Of a DNA stretch of 64,000 nt, positions 20,294 to 27,779 are shown one piece after another (the first letter of the stretch is position 1; every line of letters starts with the position of its first letter). The notes beneath the pieces are model-generated. The model had not been told where the DNA came from, ran no database searches, and saw only the letters and a list, made by a program, of their open reading frames with translations. A program made the position numbers and the translations under genes. The stretch is taken from contig CAZYVT010000006.1 in the NCBI GenBank assembly GCA_964651335.1, forward strand, positions 1,659 through 65,658, in the 5' to 3' direction. This stretch comes from an uncultured Enterobacteriaceae bacterium (GTDB taxonomy: Bacteria; Pseudomonadota; Gammaproteobacteria; Burkholderiales; SG8-39).

Positions 20294-21022
20294 ATGATCA
20301 GGATCAAGAACGTGAGCAAGTGGTACGGCAGCTTTCAGGTGCTGACCGACTGCACGACCGAGGTCAAGAAGGGCGAGGTCGTGGTGGTGTGCGGCCCTTC
20401 CGGCAGCGGCAAGTCGACCATCATCAAGTGTGTGAACGCGCTCGAGCCCTTCCAGAAGGGCGAGATCCTGGTGGACGGGATTTCGGTGGGCGACCCCAGG
20501 ACCGACCTGCCCAAGCTGCGCGCGCGCATCGGCATGGTGTTCCAGAACTTCGAGCTGTTTCCGCACATGTCGGTGACCGAGAACCTGACCCTGGCGCAGA
20601 TCAAGGTGCTCAACCGCACGCCCGGCGCGTCAAGGGAAAAGGGACTGAAGCTCCTCGATCGCGTCGGGCTCTCGGCGCACAAGGACAAGTTCCCGGCACA
20701 GCTTTCGGGCGGCCAGCAGCAGCGCGTCGCCATCGCCCGCGCGCTCGCCATGGATCCGATCGCGATGCTGTTTGACGAGCCGACCTCGGCCCTCGACCCG
20801 GAGATGATCAACGAGGTGCTCGACGTCATGGTCGAGCTCGCCCAGGAGGGCATGACCATGATGGTGGTCACGCACGAGATGGGTTTCGCCCGCAAGGTCG
20901 CGCACCGCGTCATCTTCATGGACGCAGGCAAGATCATCGAGGACGCGACCAAGGACGACTTCTTCGGCACCCCTCGATCCGAACGGGCGCAGCTTTTCCT
21001 GTCCAAGATCCTGCATCACTAG
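20294..21022 (+). CDS. gltL: glutamate/aspartate ABC transporter ATP-binding protein
   Basis: [12 protein letters not shown]..., Walker [10 protein letters not shown], signature [15 protein letters not shown], Walker [12 protein letters not shown]. Confidence 0.9.
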   Translation: MIRIKNVSKWYGSFQVLTDCTTEVKKGEVVVVCGPSGSGKSTIIKCVNALEPFQKGEILVDGISVGDPRTDLPKLRARIGMVFQNFELFPHMSVTENLTLAQIKVLNRTPGASREKGLKLLDRVGLSAHKDKFPAQLSGGQQQRVAIARALAMDPIAMLFDEPTSALDPEMINEVLDVMVELAQEGMTMMVVTHEMGFARKVAHRVIFMDAGKIIEDATKDDFFGTPRSERAQLFLSKILHH

Positions 21023-21429
21023 CGCCCGGAGCGGCGCCTCGCAGGCCCCGGGGCCCGCCGGCCGCGCTTCACAGGTACTCCGGCGGTCATGCGCCGCAAC
21101 CTGTCTGCGAGTGTCCGCATCACAAGCAGCGCGAAAATCGGCGTCTCGTGCACCAGGATCAGGAAGCGCCTCTCGTTGATCGGCACCAGGCGGCAATCGG
21201 ACTTGGCCACCACCGTGGCGCTTCTCGCTTTCGTATCGATCAGCGCCATCTCCCCGACGACATCTCCGGGTTTTGCGACCTCGATCAAGCTGCCTCCAGC
21301 CCGGATCTCCAGTTCGCCGTCCAGAACGACATACATCACGTCGCCAGGGGTTCCTTCTGCGAAGACGGTCGTGCCAACCTGAAACTCCTTTACGTCCTCG
21401 GCATTCTTGAAAAGACCGCGTATGTCCAT
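21019..21429 (-). CDS. stand-alone cyclic-nucleotide-binding (CAP effector-type) domain protein
   Basis: 136 aa starting at MDIRGLF, with a GGAGGAAAG Shine-Dalgarno. It carries cNMP-binding hallmarks ([27 protein letters not shown]...RSATVVA) and a basic tail. No output domain is visible. Confidence 0.75.
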   Translation of the reverse strand: MDIRGLFKNAEDVKEFQVGTTVFAEGTPGDVMYVVLDGELEIRAGGSLIEVAKPGDVVGEMALIDTKARSATVVAKSDCRLVPINERRFLILVHETPIFALLVMRTLADRLRRMTAGVPVKRGRRAPGPARRRSGR

Positions 21430-21562
21430 GCTTTCCTCCCCGTGATTGACTCGATCGAGCTTGCCGGCCCCGCGCAGCATCCACCCCACGGCTTCGCGGA
21501 TGACATCATCCGGACTGATCAGGATGCTAGAAGGAACCATCTCCGGATGCAACGATCGACTG

Positions 21563-21997
21563 TCACTGCCGGTTGAAGTAGAGGATCGCAAGCCTGCGGC
21601 TCGTCAGGCCGAAGGTCGGCCAGTTTTCCAGCTTGCAGTCGCCCAGGGCGGGGGCGTCCTCGGCAAAGCATTTCGTCGGCCGGTGGTCCCAGGGGTATCG
21701 CGGCGCCGCCGGCGATTGGGTCTGCACGGCGCCGTTCGGCATGAACACCGCGGCAACTCCCAAGACAATCGCAATGGCGCCGGCGATTGCTCTGGAAGTG
21801 CCTGTTTGCACAAATTCTCTCCGAGGCTGGAATGAAGGGTCAGCCGGCATGCAGCGGGAAACTTCTGGGAGTGGACGCGTCGATGAAAGTGTCTCGACCC
21901 AACCTCGCTCGGCGATGTTCACCGGCCTGTCCGCGATCGGGCGCAATGCGCGATCCAGTCTTGCGATGTCTTCCTCGAACAGTGCCAGGTTCCGCAT
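21563..21997 (-). CDS. hypothetical single-pass membrane or Tat-exported protein
   Basis: 144-aa ORF. The internal segment PRREFVQTGTSRAIAGAIAIVLGVAAVF looks like a twin-arginine signal or a TM anchor, followed by a roughly 60-aa Cys-containing tail. An alternative start is Met50 (21850). No recognisable family. Confidence 0.35.
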   Translation of the reverse strand: MRNLALFEEDIARLDRALRPIADRPVNIAERGWVETLSSTRPLPEVSRCMPADPSFQPRREFVQTGTSRAIAGAIAIVLGVAAVFMPNGAVQTQSPAAPRYPWDHRPTKCFAEDAPALGDCKLENWPTFGLTSRRLAILYFNRQ

Positions 21998-22023
21998 CGG
22001 CTGCGGCGGCTTGCGGCATCGAC

Positions 22024-22530
22024 CTACCGGCTACGCACGCTGGCCAGCAAGGCGTGACGGCGCTCCAGACTTTCCTCCGGCCAATACTCGGTGCGCTCGT
22101 AGTATTCATCGACCGCGGGCGTGTTCGGCGGAAGCACGACCCAGGGTTGCTTCGATGAGGTGAAGATGTGGATGTCGGGCGGCAGGCGATCGGGCTCATC
22201 GAGCGTGCCAACGCGAACGAAGCGCACGGCATCGCCTGCCCCGGCGTAATTGCTCCATAAAGCGATCCGGCAGTTCGGACAGCGGGCGATCTTCTGTCCC
22301 TTGCCGCTGTTCGACGGCGTGTTCACCACTTCCGGCTCGCCCTTCAGCAGGATCACGCGATCCGCTTCGATCATTGCATTCAGCGCGAAGGACGCCCCGG
22401 TTTCACGCTGGCACCAGCGACAATGGCAGCAGTGCACAAAGATCGGCTGGCTTGTCATTCGATAGCGCACCGCGCCGCACGTGCAGGCGCCTTCCAAGGG
22501 GAGAGCTTCGTCGGCAGCCATTGGGCACAT
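22024..22530 (-). CDS. GFA-family (CENP-V/glutathione-dependent formaldehyde-activating-like) zinc protein
   Basis: CTCGAVRY...VHCCHCRWCQRETG...ARCPNCRIALW is the typical GFA cysteine pattern. Confidence 0.8.
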   Translation of the reverse strand: MCPMAADEALPLEGACTCGAVRYRMTSQPIFVHCCHCRWCQRETGASFALNAMIEADRVILLKGEPEVVNTPSNSGKGQKIARCPNCRIALWSNYAGAGDAVRFVRVGTLDEPDRLPPDIHIFTSSKQPWVVLPPNTPAVDEYYERTEYWPEESLERRHALLASVRSR

Positions 22531-22564
22531 CCTGTCGAGTGGTCAAAACGATCCGCTTACCGGA

Positions 22565-22711
22565 TCAAGTGCATGGCGATCGTAGCCACGGCGCGCATCT
22601 GGCGAAGGTCGCATCGCATGAGCCGCGCGGGCCCCCGATCTTTGGGCCTGCGTAGATTTCCCGCACTGCCTCAAAATCGTTCGGTTCAACGTGGCGGATC
22701 AGCAGTTCCAT
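22565..22711 (-). pseudogene. possible 5' stub of a YhhY-like GNAT acetyltransferase
   Basis: The minus-strand ATG at 22711 opens MELLIRHVEPNDFEAVREIYAGPK, which resembles GNAT N-termini (xIRHAExxDYEAIxxIH). The frame then degenerates and stops after 48 codons. There is not enough space before the next gene for a full GNAT. Confidence 0.3.
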
Positions 22712-22811
22712 TGGATCTCCCGCCTGACGTCGCGTTCAGCCGTGCGCCCGAGCGCGTCGGCGGAAACGCGAGCCAAGGCCGAGCAGGAGAATTCGCAGCG
22801 CGCTGGATCGC

Positions 22812-23933
22812 TCAATCGTCTGCCAGTCGCCGCAAAAACTCCGCGATCTTCGGTCCGTAAACCGCCGCCGTCTGTCCCACGGCGATATGTCCGTATCCGT
22901 ATGCCTCTTTCACCAATAGATAGTCCGATTTCGTTCCGAGTTTCTCCAGCACCTTCTCGGCATGGCCAAGCTCGACGGGCACCAATCCATCTCCCGCCAT
23001 GTTGATCATCAGCACTCGCGCCTTCACGCGATCGAGCTCGCGGTAGGCATCGAAACCGTCGTTGACCCGCATCTGATAAAGGAAGTCGTTGGCGTCCCAG
23101 GAGCGCGCTTGCTGTTTCGTAGCTTCAGGCAGGTAGGAAAACGACCGATCGCGGGTCGGGGCGACTTCCCACAAGTGGCCTGCACCATCAAGGGTGAGCC
23201 AAAACGTCATGACGGCCAACGGGAAGTTTCTCGGCTGCTCCTTGTAGGCGCCATTGTTCCAGGTCGGATCCAAAGTAATGGCTTCCGCCGGCAAGAAGTC
23301 CTGCATGCCCCGGCGCCCCGCATTAGGGAACGGTGAAGAGATCAGCGGCACCAATCCCCGCATCAACTCGGGATACTGCACTCCCCACTGCCACGTTTGG
23401 CGTCCGCCATACGAAATGCCGATGACCGCCACCAGCTCTTGCACGCCCAGCGCTTCGGTGACGAGCCGTTTTTGAGCATGCACGACGTCATCGAGCCGGT
23501 ACTTGGGAAAGTTCATTCCGAGGCCGTCGCTCGGCTTGCTGGATTTACCCACGCCAATGCTGTCCGAGGCGATTACGAAGTACCTGGTTATATCCAAGGG
23601 CTGTCCCGGACCGAACATTCTCGCGGCCCACCAGCCAGCAAAGCTGCGCCAATTGCCCATCGTCCCGTGGCAGAGCAGAATCGCGTTGGTTATTTTTCCC
23701 GTCTTGTCCCTTTTCGGTTCACCCCAAGCCACATAGTTGATTCGAAGCTCCTGCATCCTCTCGCCCGTGACGAATGAAAAATCTCTGACAACGAAGCTAG
23801 CCTCTTTCGCACGTGACGCATAGTCGACAGGTGCCGGTTGAGCGGTAGCGAGCGGTACTCCAAGAAGCAAGCCCCAAAAGAGCACAGCCAATGATTGCTT
23901 CGCCAAGACGAGCGCTTTGCATGTCAAAGTCAT
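22812..23933 (-). CDS. secreted alpha/beta hydrolase (homoserine-acetyltransferase-like fold)
   Basis: 373 aa with a signal peptide (LLLGVPLATAQP). Motifs include ILLCHGTMGNW and GISYGGRQTW, with a strong GGAGG Shine-Dalgarno. GC looks visibly lower than in the core genes. Confidence 0.75.
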   Translation of the reverse strand: MTLTCKALVLAKQSLAVLFWGLLLGVPLATAQPAPVDYASRAKEASFVVRDFSFVTGERMQELRINYVAWGEPKRDKTGKITNAILLCHGTMGNWRSFAGWWAARMFGPGQPLDITRYFVIASDSIGVGKSSKPSDGLGMNFPKYRLDDVVHAQKRLVTEALGVQELVAVIGISYGGRQTWQWGVQYPELMRGLVPLISSPFPNAGRRGMQDFLPAEAITLDPTWNNGAYKEQPRNFPLAVMTFWLTLDGAGHLWEVAPTRDRSFSYLPEATKQQARSWDANDFLYQMRVNDGFDAYRELDRVKARVLMINMAGDGLVPVELGHAEKVLEKLGTKSDYLLVKEAYGYGHIAVGQTAAVYGPKIAEFLRRLADD

Positions 23934-24152
23934 AACTCCTCCCCGAAAAGAGACGCTTACCGCTTGATACTTTACGCTGTTGCAATGCTTCGAAGCACTT
24001 GAGATCTCGGTTTCAGGTTCCCTTTCAGTGCACTTTGCTTACAACCGTCTTAAGACCGGTGCGGGCGAACGTTCGCGACGACGCGCACGAGCGAGCGCGC
24101 GAAGCGGCGCTTGCCAAGGCTCGCTGTCCATCGCGTTGTTACGCGGCTCCGC

Positions 24153-24395
24153 TTATGCTGCGTGCAGGAGCGACCGACGGACCGTTTGTGGCAGCTCTAC
24201 TTCCACAAACCGGTCTGCGGAGTACAAGTAATCCTCGCCGCTTTCGTCGATGACCCGGATGTCTCCGTCTTCGGCCGCGTCTTCATCGGGTAATACGCGA
24301 TAGATCTTGTGCAGCTCCAAAGACGCTGGGTAGCCGCGATTGTCTATGCACACGGCGAAATGCTTCGCGAGGGATTTACGTCGTTTCATGGTCAT
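24153..24395 (-). CDS. conserved small hypothetical protein (80 aa)
   Basis: The CIDNRGYPASLELHKIYRVLPDEDAAEDGDIRVIDESGEDYLYSADRF pattern recalls a widespread uncharacterised small-protein family. It lies 124 nt downstream of higA on the same strand. Confidence 0.55.
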   Translation of the reverse strand: MTMKRRKSLAKHFAVCIDNRGYPASLELHKIYRVLPDEDAAEDGDIRVIDESGEDYLYSADRFVEVELPQTVRRSLLHAA

Positions 24396-24519
24396 CGTCC
24401 AAGTGGCGTTTCCGCTTGATTTCTTTTTCCCGATTCCATGCGCCTTATACCGTTCGCGATCACCAGGACGCGCCGGCTTGATGGCGCGGGTCGGTGTGCA
24501 TCGTGCGGTTCAATCCCGG

Positions 24520-24792
24520 TTACGCTACTTCGAGTAGCGCACGGGGATTCTTCTGCGCGATCTGCAGTAGCGTGCGTGCTGCCCCCGACGGCGCTCGGCG
24601 ACCCTGCTCCCACTCTTGGAGCGTGCGCACCGACACGCCAAGCAGTTGAGCGAAGCGCGACTGCGAAAGCCCGGTGCGCTCGCGAATCGAGGACACGGAA
24701 GGGACATTAATCACGCGTCCGTGCTCCCCACGCTTGATCTCCCGGATACCCTGCAGAATCTCAAGTCCGATGTTTCGCTTCGCCTTCGGCAT
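24520..24792 (-). CDS. higA: XRE-type HTH antitoxin (HigA-like)
   Basis: MPKAKRNIGLEILQGIREIKRG... followed by the HTH LSQSRFAQLLGVSVRTLQEWEQGRRAPSGAARTLL. GGAGG sits 6 nt upstream. The start overlaps the toxin 3' end by 32 nt. Confidence 0.8.
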   Translation of the reverse strand: MPKAKRNIGLEILQGIREIKRGEHGRVINVPSVSSIRERTGLSQSRFAQLLGVSVRTLQEWEQGRRAPSGAARTLLQIAQKNPRALLEVA

Positions 24793-25096
24793 CGATTTCC
24801 TCCTTGATCTTTCGCAGAACATGGGCAGGAATGTTCTCCGTTTCGCTCTTCGCGTAGATCGTCAGCATCCAAATCACACCCTCACGGGTCTTTGCGTAAT
24901 AGATGACGCGCGCTCCGCCTCGCTTTCGCCGGCCGGGCAATGCCCAGCGCAGCTTTCGAACTCCCCCGGAACCAGGAATGAGGGCTCCAGCTTCCGGGTG
25001 ATCGATCAGGGCGCCCTGAACCGACCCGTATTCCTCGTCGGTGAGAAACTCGCCAAGCAACCGAGAGAACAGCTTCGTCTCGATGAAGCTGAACAT
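24761..25096 (-). CDS. higB: RelE-fold toxin of the HigB (toxin-first) type
   Basis: MFSFIETKLFSRLLGEFLTDEEYGSVQGALIDHPEAGALIPGSGGVRKLRWALPGRRKRGGARVIYYAKTREGVIWMLTIYAKSE matches the HigB_toxin pattern (IETxxF..., GG[VL]RK[IL]RW, GKxGGxRVIYY, LLxIYxKxE). Confidence 0.8.
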   Translation of the reverse strand: MFSFIETKLFSRLLGEFLTDEEYGSVQGALIDHPEAGALIPGSGGVRKLRWALPGRRKRGGARVIYYAKTREGVIWMLTIYAKSETENIPAHVLRKIKEEIDAEGEAKHRT

Positions 25097-25104
25097 CAGC
25101 ACAT

Positions 25105-25123
25105 TATACGTCGCTGACGTATA
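25105..25123. promoter_or_regulatory. higBA operator palindrome overlapping a TATAAT box
   Basis: TATACGTC-GCT-GACGTATA has perfect 8-bp arms. On the minus strand it overlaps TATAAT (25103-25108), only about 7 nt upstream of the higB ATG. Confidence 0.5.
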
Positions 25124-25137
25124 TCGGCAACCGGGAT

Positions 25138-25410
25138 TTAACCGGGATAGAGAGAAGCCTCGCGGCTCCCCCTCCCACACCACCGTGCTTACGGGTCACG
25201 TACACGGCGGTTCAACGAATTGAATGCCTGGTTCGCCGCCAGACTCGGCAGCCCCATGTTGCTGAAGTAACGCGCCGGTAGCGCCAGCGCGAGCGCCGGG
25301 GTCTTCGACAGGCGCCACGGCCCGTGCGCCGACTTGCTGGTGTGCCATGCTGCGCGCACGCTCACGCCGCGTCGGCGTAGTTCCCGGTAGCCCGCTCGTC
25401 CCCATTGCTG
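25138..25410 (-). mobile_element. group II intron relic: C-terminal (maturase) fragment of the intron-encoded protein, with an internal stop
   Basis: The minus-strand frame reads QQWGRAGYRELRRRGVSVRAAWHTSKSAHGPWRLSKTPALALALPARYFSNMGLPSLAANQAFNSLNRRVRDP*ARWCGRGSREASLYPG*. This matches the stereotyped C-terminal tail of bacterial group II intron RT/maturases (YRELRRRGV..GPWRLS..PAL..ALPxxYFxxxGLPSL...NRRVRDPYARWCGRG). The stop at 25189-25191 is TAA where TAC (Tyr) is expected. No RT domain lies upstream. Confidence 0.65.
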
Positions 25411-25420
25411 CGAATTCCTC

Positions 25421-26443
25421 CTACTGCGCCGGCTCTTCGAGGAAGTGCTGGACTTCGCGGATCAAGTGCATGCGGTTCTTCTCGAGCGAGATTGAGTGCG
25501 TACCCTCCGAGAGCACGACGAGACGCCGGTACTTGGCGGCAGTGAGCCGCTTGAAGACCTCCTGTGCCATGGCCGGAGGCGTAATCGCGTCCCACTCGCC
25601 GACCAACAGCATCGTGGGAGCGCGGATGGCGGCCGGGTCGTAGGTCGGCTTGCCTGCCGTCCAGAATTCCCCGAGATCCTTCATCACGCCGTTCGGCGAA
25701 CGCAGTACCGGTGGGTTGCGCGACGCCCCGACCGGGTCCGTGGCAAGGTTCGCTGCCCACCATTTGTCGTACCACTCCGTAGGGCTGATCTCCTCGATGC
25801 GCGCCTTGGGAATGCCGGCGGCATGGAACGGGCGTACTCCCTCACGCGTTCCGCTCCGGTAGGCGCCCTGGTAGGGCGGCGCCTTTGGCAGGAACCACAC
25901 CGGCGCATAAAGCACGAGCCTTTCCACCTTCGCCGGGTTCTCGGCCGCGTAACCAGCCATTATCGTCGTACCCCAGGACCAGCCCACCAGGTTGATTCTC
26001 GGAACGCCCCGGCGCTTTAGAATGAAATCCACCGCGGCAGAAATGTCGCGGACCGCCTCACGGGTGTCGGCAAATGGCGGATTCGATGCAGGCGGCTGGT
26101 CCATCGCCGCCGGCCGAGTCGAACGACCGTAGCCGCGCACGTCCACGAAATACACATCAAAGCCGCGCCGGGCGACGAAATCCATCCACGAGCCGCCGGG
26201 CAGGTCGATGTCGAATCCGGTCTCCGACGGAAATGTCGCGCCGTGCACCATCAGTACGATGCGCTCCGGCCCGAAGCGTTCCTCGCCAGCCGGGTGCTTG
26301 TTGCGCACGTGAAGCTGAATGCCAGGGTCCAACGCCGGGATCATGAATGTCTCGCTGGTAATGTTTCCCGATCCTGGCGGCGACGAGGCGCAGCCGGCGA
26401 GTGCGAGGCTGATCGCGAGTGCGGTTAGCAATCTAATAACCAT
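25421..26443 (-). CDS. alpha/beta hydrolase lipoprotein
   Basis: Start MVIRLLTALAISLALAGCASS (lipobox LAGC) with an AAGGAGAAG Shine-Dalgarno. Motifs include LMVHGATFPS and a nucleophile elbow GWSWGT. Confidence 0.8.
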   Translation of the reverse strand: MVIRLLTALAISLALAGCASSPPGSGNITSETFMIPALDPGIQLHVRNKHPAGEERFGPERIVLMVHGATFPSETGFDIDLPGGSWMDFVARRGFDVYFVDVRGYGRSTRPAAMDQPPASNPPFADTREAVRDISAAVDFILKRRGVPRINLVGWSWGTTIMAGYAAENPAKVERLVLYAPVWFLPKAPPYQGAYRSGTREGVRPFHAAGIPKARIEEISPTEWYDKWWAANLATDPVGASRNPPVLRSPNGVMKDLGEFWTAGKPTYDPAAIRAPTMLLVGEWDAITPPAMAQEVFKRLTAAKYRRLVVLSEGTHSISLEKNRMHLIREVQHFLEEPAQ

Positions 26444-26612
26444 GGCTTCTCCTTTGACTATGCTGTGATGACCAGGACGATTCGATGACGCCGAACTATT
26501 CAATGAACAGCACGCGGAGCATCCTAAAACGATCCATTAGCAGATGCAACGATCTGCCCATGGATCGCGCGATATGCCGGCAGATCTCTACAGGTAGAAC
26601 GTGCCCACGCGC

Positions 26613-26783
26613 TCAACCTTGTACGACCCGGCCGGACAATCCGAGGCGCCTGGCATCCAACTCGACCGTCTTGTGACGGCAGCCATTCGCGGCGTCATGA
26701 AGGTAGCGCACGCAGACCAACCGCTCGCCATAGCGCTGCAGGTATTTCTTGGTAACTGTTTCGACTGCCGTTGACGCGGTCAT
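26613..26783 (-). CDS. small hypothetical protein (56 aa)
   Basis: MTASTAVETVTKKYLQRYGERLVCVRYLHDAANGCRHKTVEL. The YGxxLVCVRY...KTVEL core recalls a recurrent small proteobacterial ORF family. This is recalled from memory, not searched. Confidence 0.35.
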   Translation of the reverse strand: MTASTAVETVTKKYLQRYGERLVCVRYLHDAANGCRHKTVELDARRLGLSGRVVQG

Positions 26784-26825
26784 GCCAGAATAGGCGCTGA
26801 CCACCCGACCTGGAGAGGAAGACGG

Positions 26826-27704
26826 ATGAGCACAGTGGCATTCATCGGACTGGGCGCGATGGGATCGCGCATGGCGATGAACCTGCACGCGGCGGGGCAC
26901 AAGCTGCGCGTCTTCAATCGCGATCGGGCGAAAACGAAGCCGTTCGCCGAAAAGGGGTGCGAGGTCGCGGATTCACCCGCCGCGGCAGCGCGCGGAGCGG
27001 AGTTCGTGGTGTCGATCGTATCCGACGACGCGGCGACGCGCGAAGTGATGCTTGGTGCTTCGGGCGCAGTGGGCGCGGCGGCGGCGGGTACGGTGATCGT
27101 CGATTCGAGCACCAATACTCCCGCGATGGCGCGCGAGGTGGCGAAGGCCGCAGCGGCGAAGGGTTGCGTCTATCTCGACTCACCGGTATCGGGTTCGATC
27201 GCGCAGGCGCAAAACCGGGAACTGGTTTTCATGGTCGGCGGCGAGAGAGCGGGGTTCGAGCGCGCACAGCCGCTTTTCCAGGCGATGGGCCGCATGTCGC
27301 GTCACGTGGGCAGTCCAGGCGCGGGCGCCACGATCAAGCTCATCAACAACATGCTCTCGGGCACCACCACCGCGGCGATCGCGGAAGCCGCGCAAGTGGC
27401 GGAAGCCGCGGGCATTGACCGCACGGCGGCGCTCGAGATCCTCGGCGAGGGCGCAGCCGGTTCGCGTCTTCTCAAGACCAAGCTGCCCAAAATGCTCAAC
27501 CGCGACTTCGCGCCGCAGTTCCAGCTCGAGCTGATGGAAAAGGACCTGCGCTATTTCCTCGCGCTCGCCCAGGAACTGGACCGGCCGGCGCCGATCGCCT
27601 CGCTGGTGCGCAGCCAGTACCAGGCCGCGCGTCGCGCTGCGCTCGGCAAGCTCGACTCCTGCGCCGTGTTCCTGCAGGCGGCGGGCGAGAAGCCGCGTCC
27701 CTGA
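26826..27704 (+). CDS. NAD(P)-dependent 3-hydroxyisobutyrate dehydrogenase-family oxidoreductase
   Basis: VAFIGLGAMGSRMAMNL Rossmann motif, DSPVSGS and a KLINNML segment. 292 aa. Confidence 0.85.
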   Translation: MSTVAFIGLGAMGSRMAMNLHAAGHKLRVFNRDRAKTKPFAEKGCEVADSPAAAARGAEFVVSIVSDDAATREVMLGASGAVGAAAAGTVIVDSSTNTPAMAREVAKAAAAKGCVYLDSPVSGSIAQAQNRELVFMVGGERAGFERAQPLFQAMGRMSRHVGSPGAGATIKLINNMLSGTTTAAIAEAAQVAEAAGIDRTAALEILGEGAAGSRLLKTKLPKMLNRDFAPQFQLELMEKDLRYFLALAQELDRPAPIASLVRSQYQAARRAALGKLDSCAVFLQAAGEKPRP

Positions 27705-27779
27705 GCCGCACCGTTTCGTGAAATTGTGCGCAGACCCGCGCTTGCGGGCCGGATAGACTCCCTGCGCCCCCGGACCGCC

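Noticed and set aside
23979-23988. GTTGCAATGC resembles the repeat unit upstream of the ATPase (GTTGCAATCAGCC).
   Set aside because: Only 8 nt are shared, which is expected about once per strand by chance in this window.
24065-24076. Perfect 12-bp palindrome GCGAACGTTCGC in the 219-nt gap upstream of the secreted hydrolase.
   Set aside because: About 15 perfect 12-bp palindromes are expected by chance in a window this size. It has no positional relation to a promoter or start codon.
25143-25171. GAGCCGCGAGGCTTCTCTCTATCCCGGTT (minus strand) starts and ends like group II intron domain V (GAGCCG...CGGTT).
   Set aside because: The middle does not fold into the required bulged hairpin of about 14 bp, and the segment is about 30 nt rather than the expected 34 nt. 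It may be a decayed domain V, but I cannot support calling a ribozyme domain.
25196-25405. 69-aa minus-strand ORF (MGTSGLPGTTPTRRERARS...) from the ORF track.
   Set aside because: It is the wrong frame over the intron-maturase relic. The recognisable protein similarity is in a different minus-strand frame.
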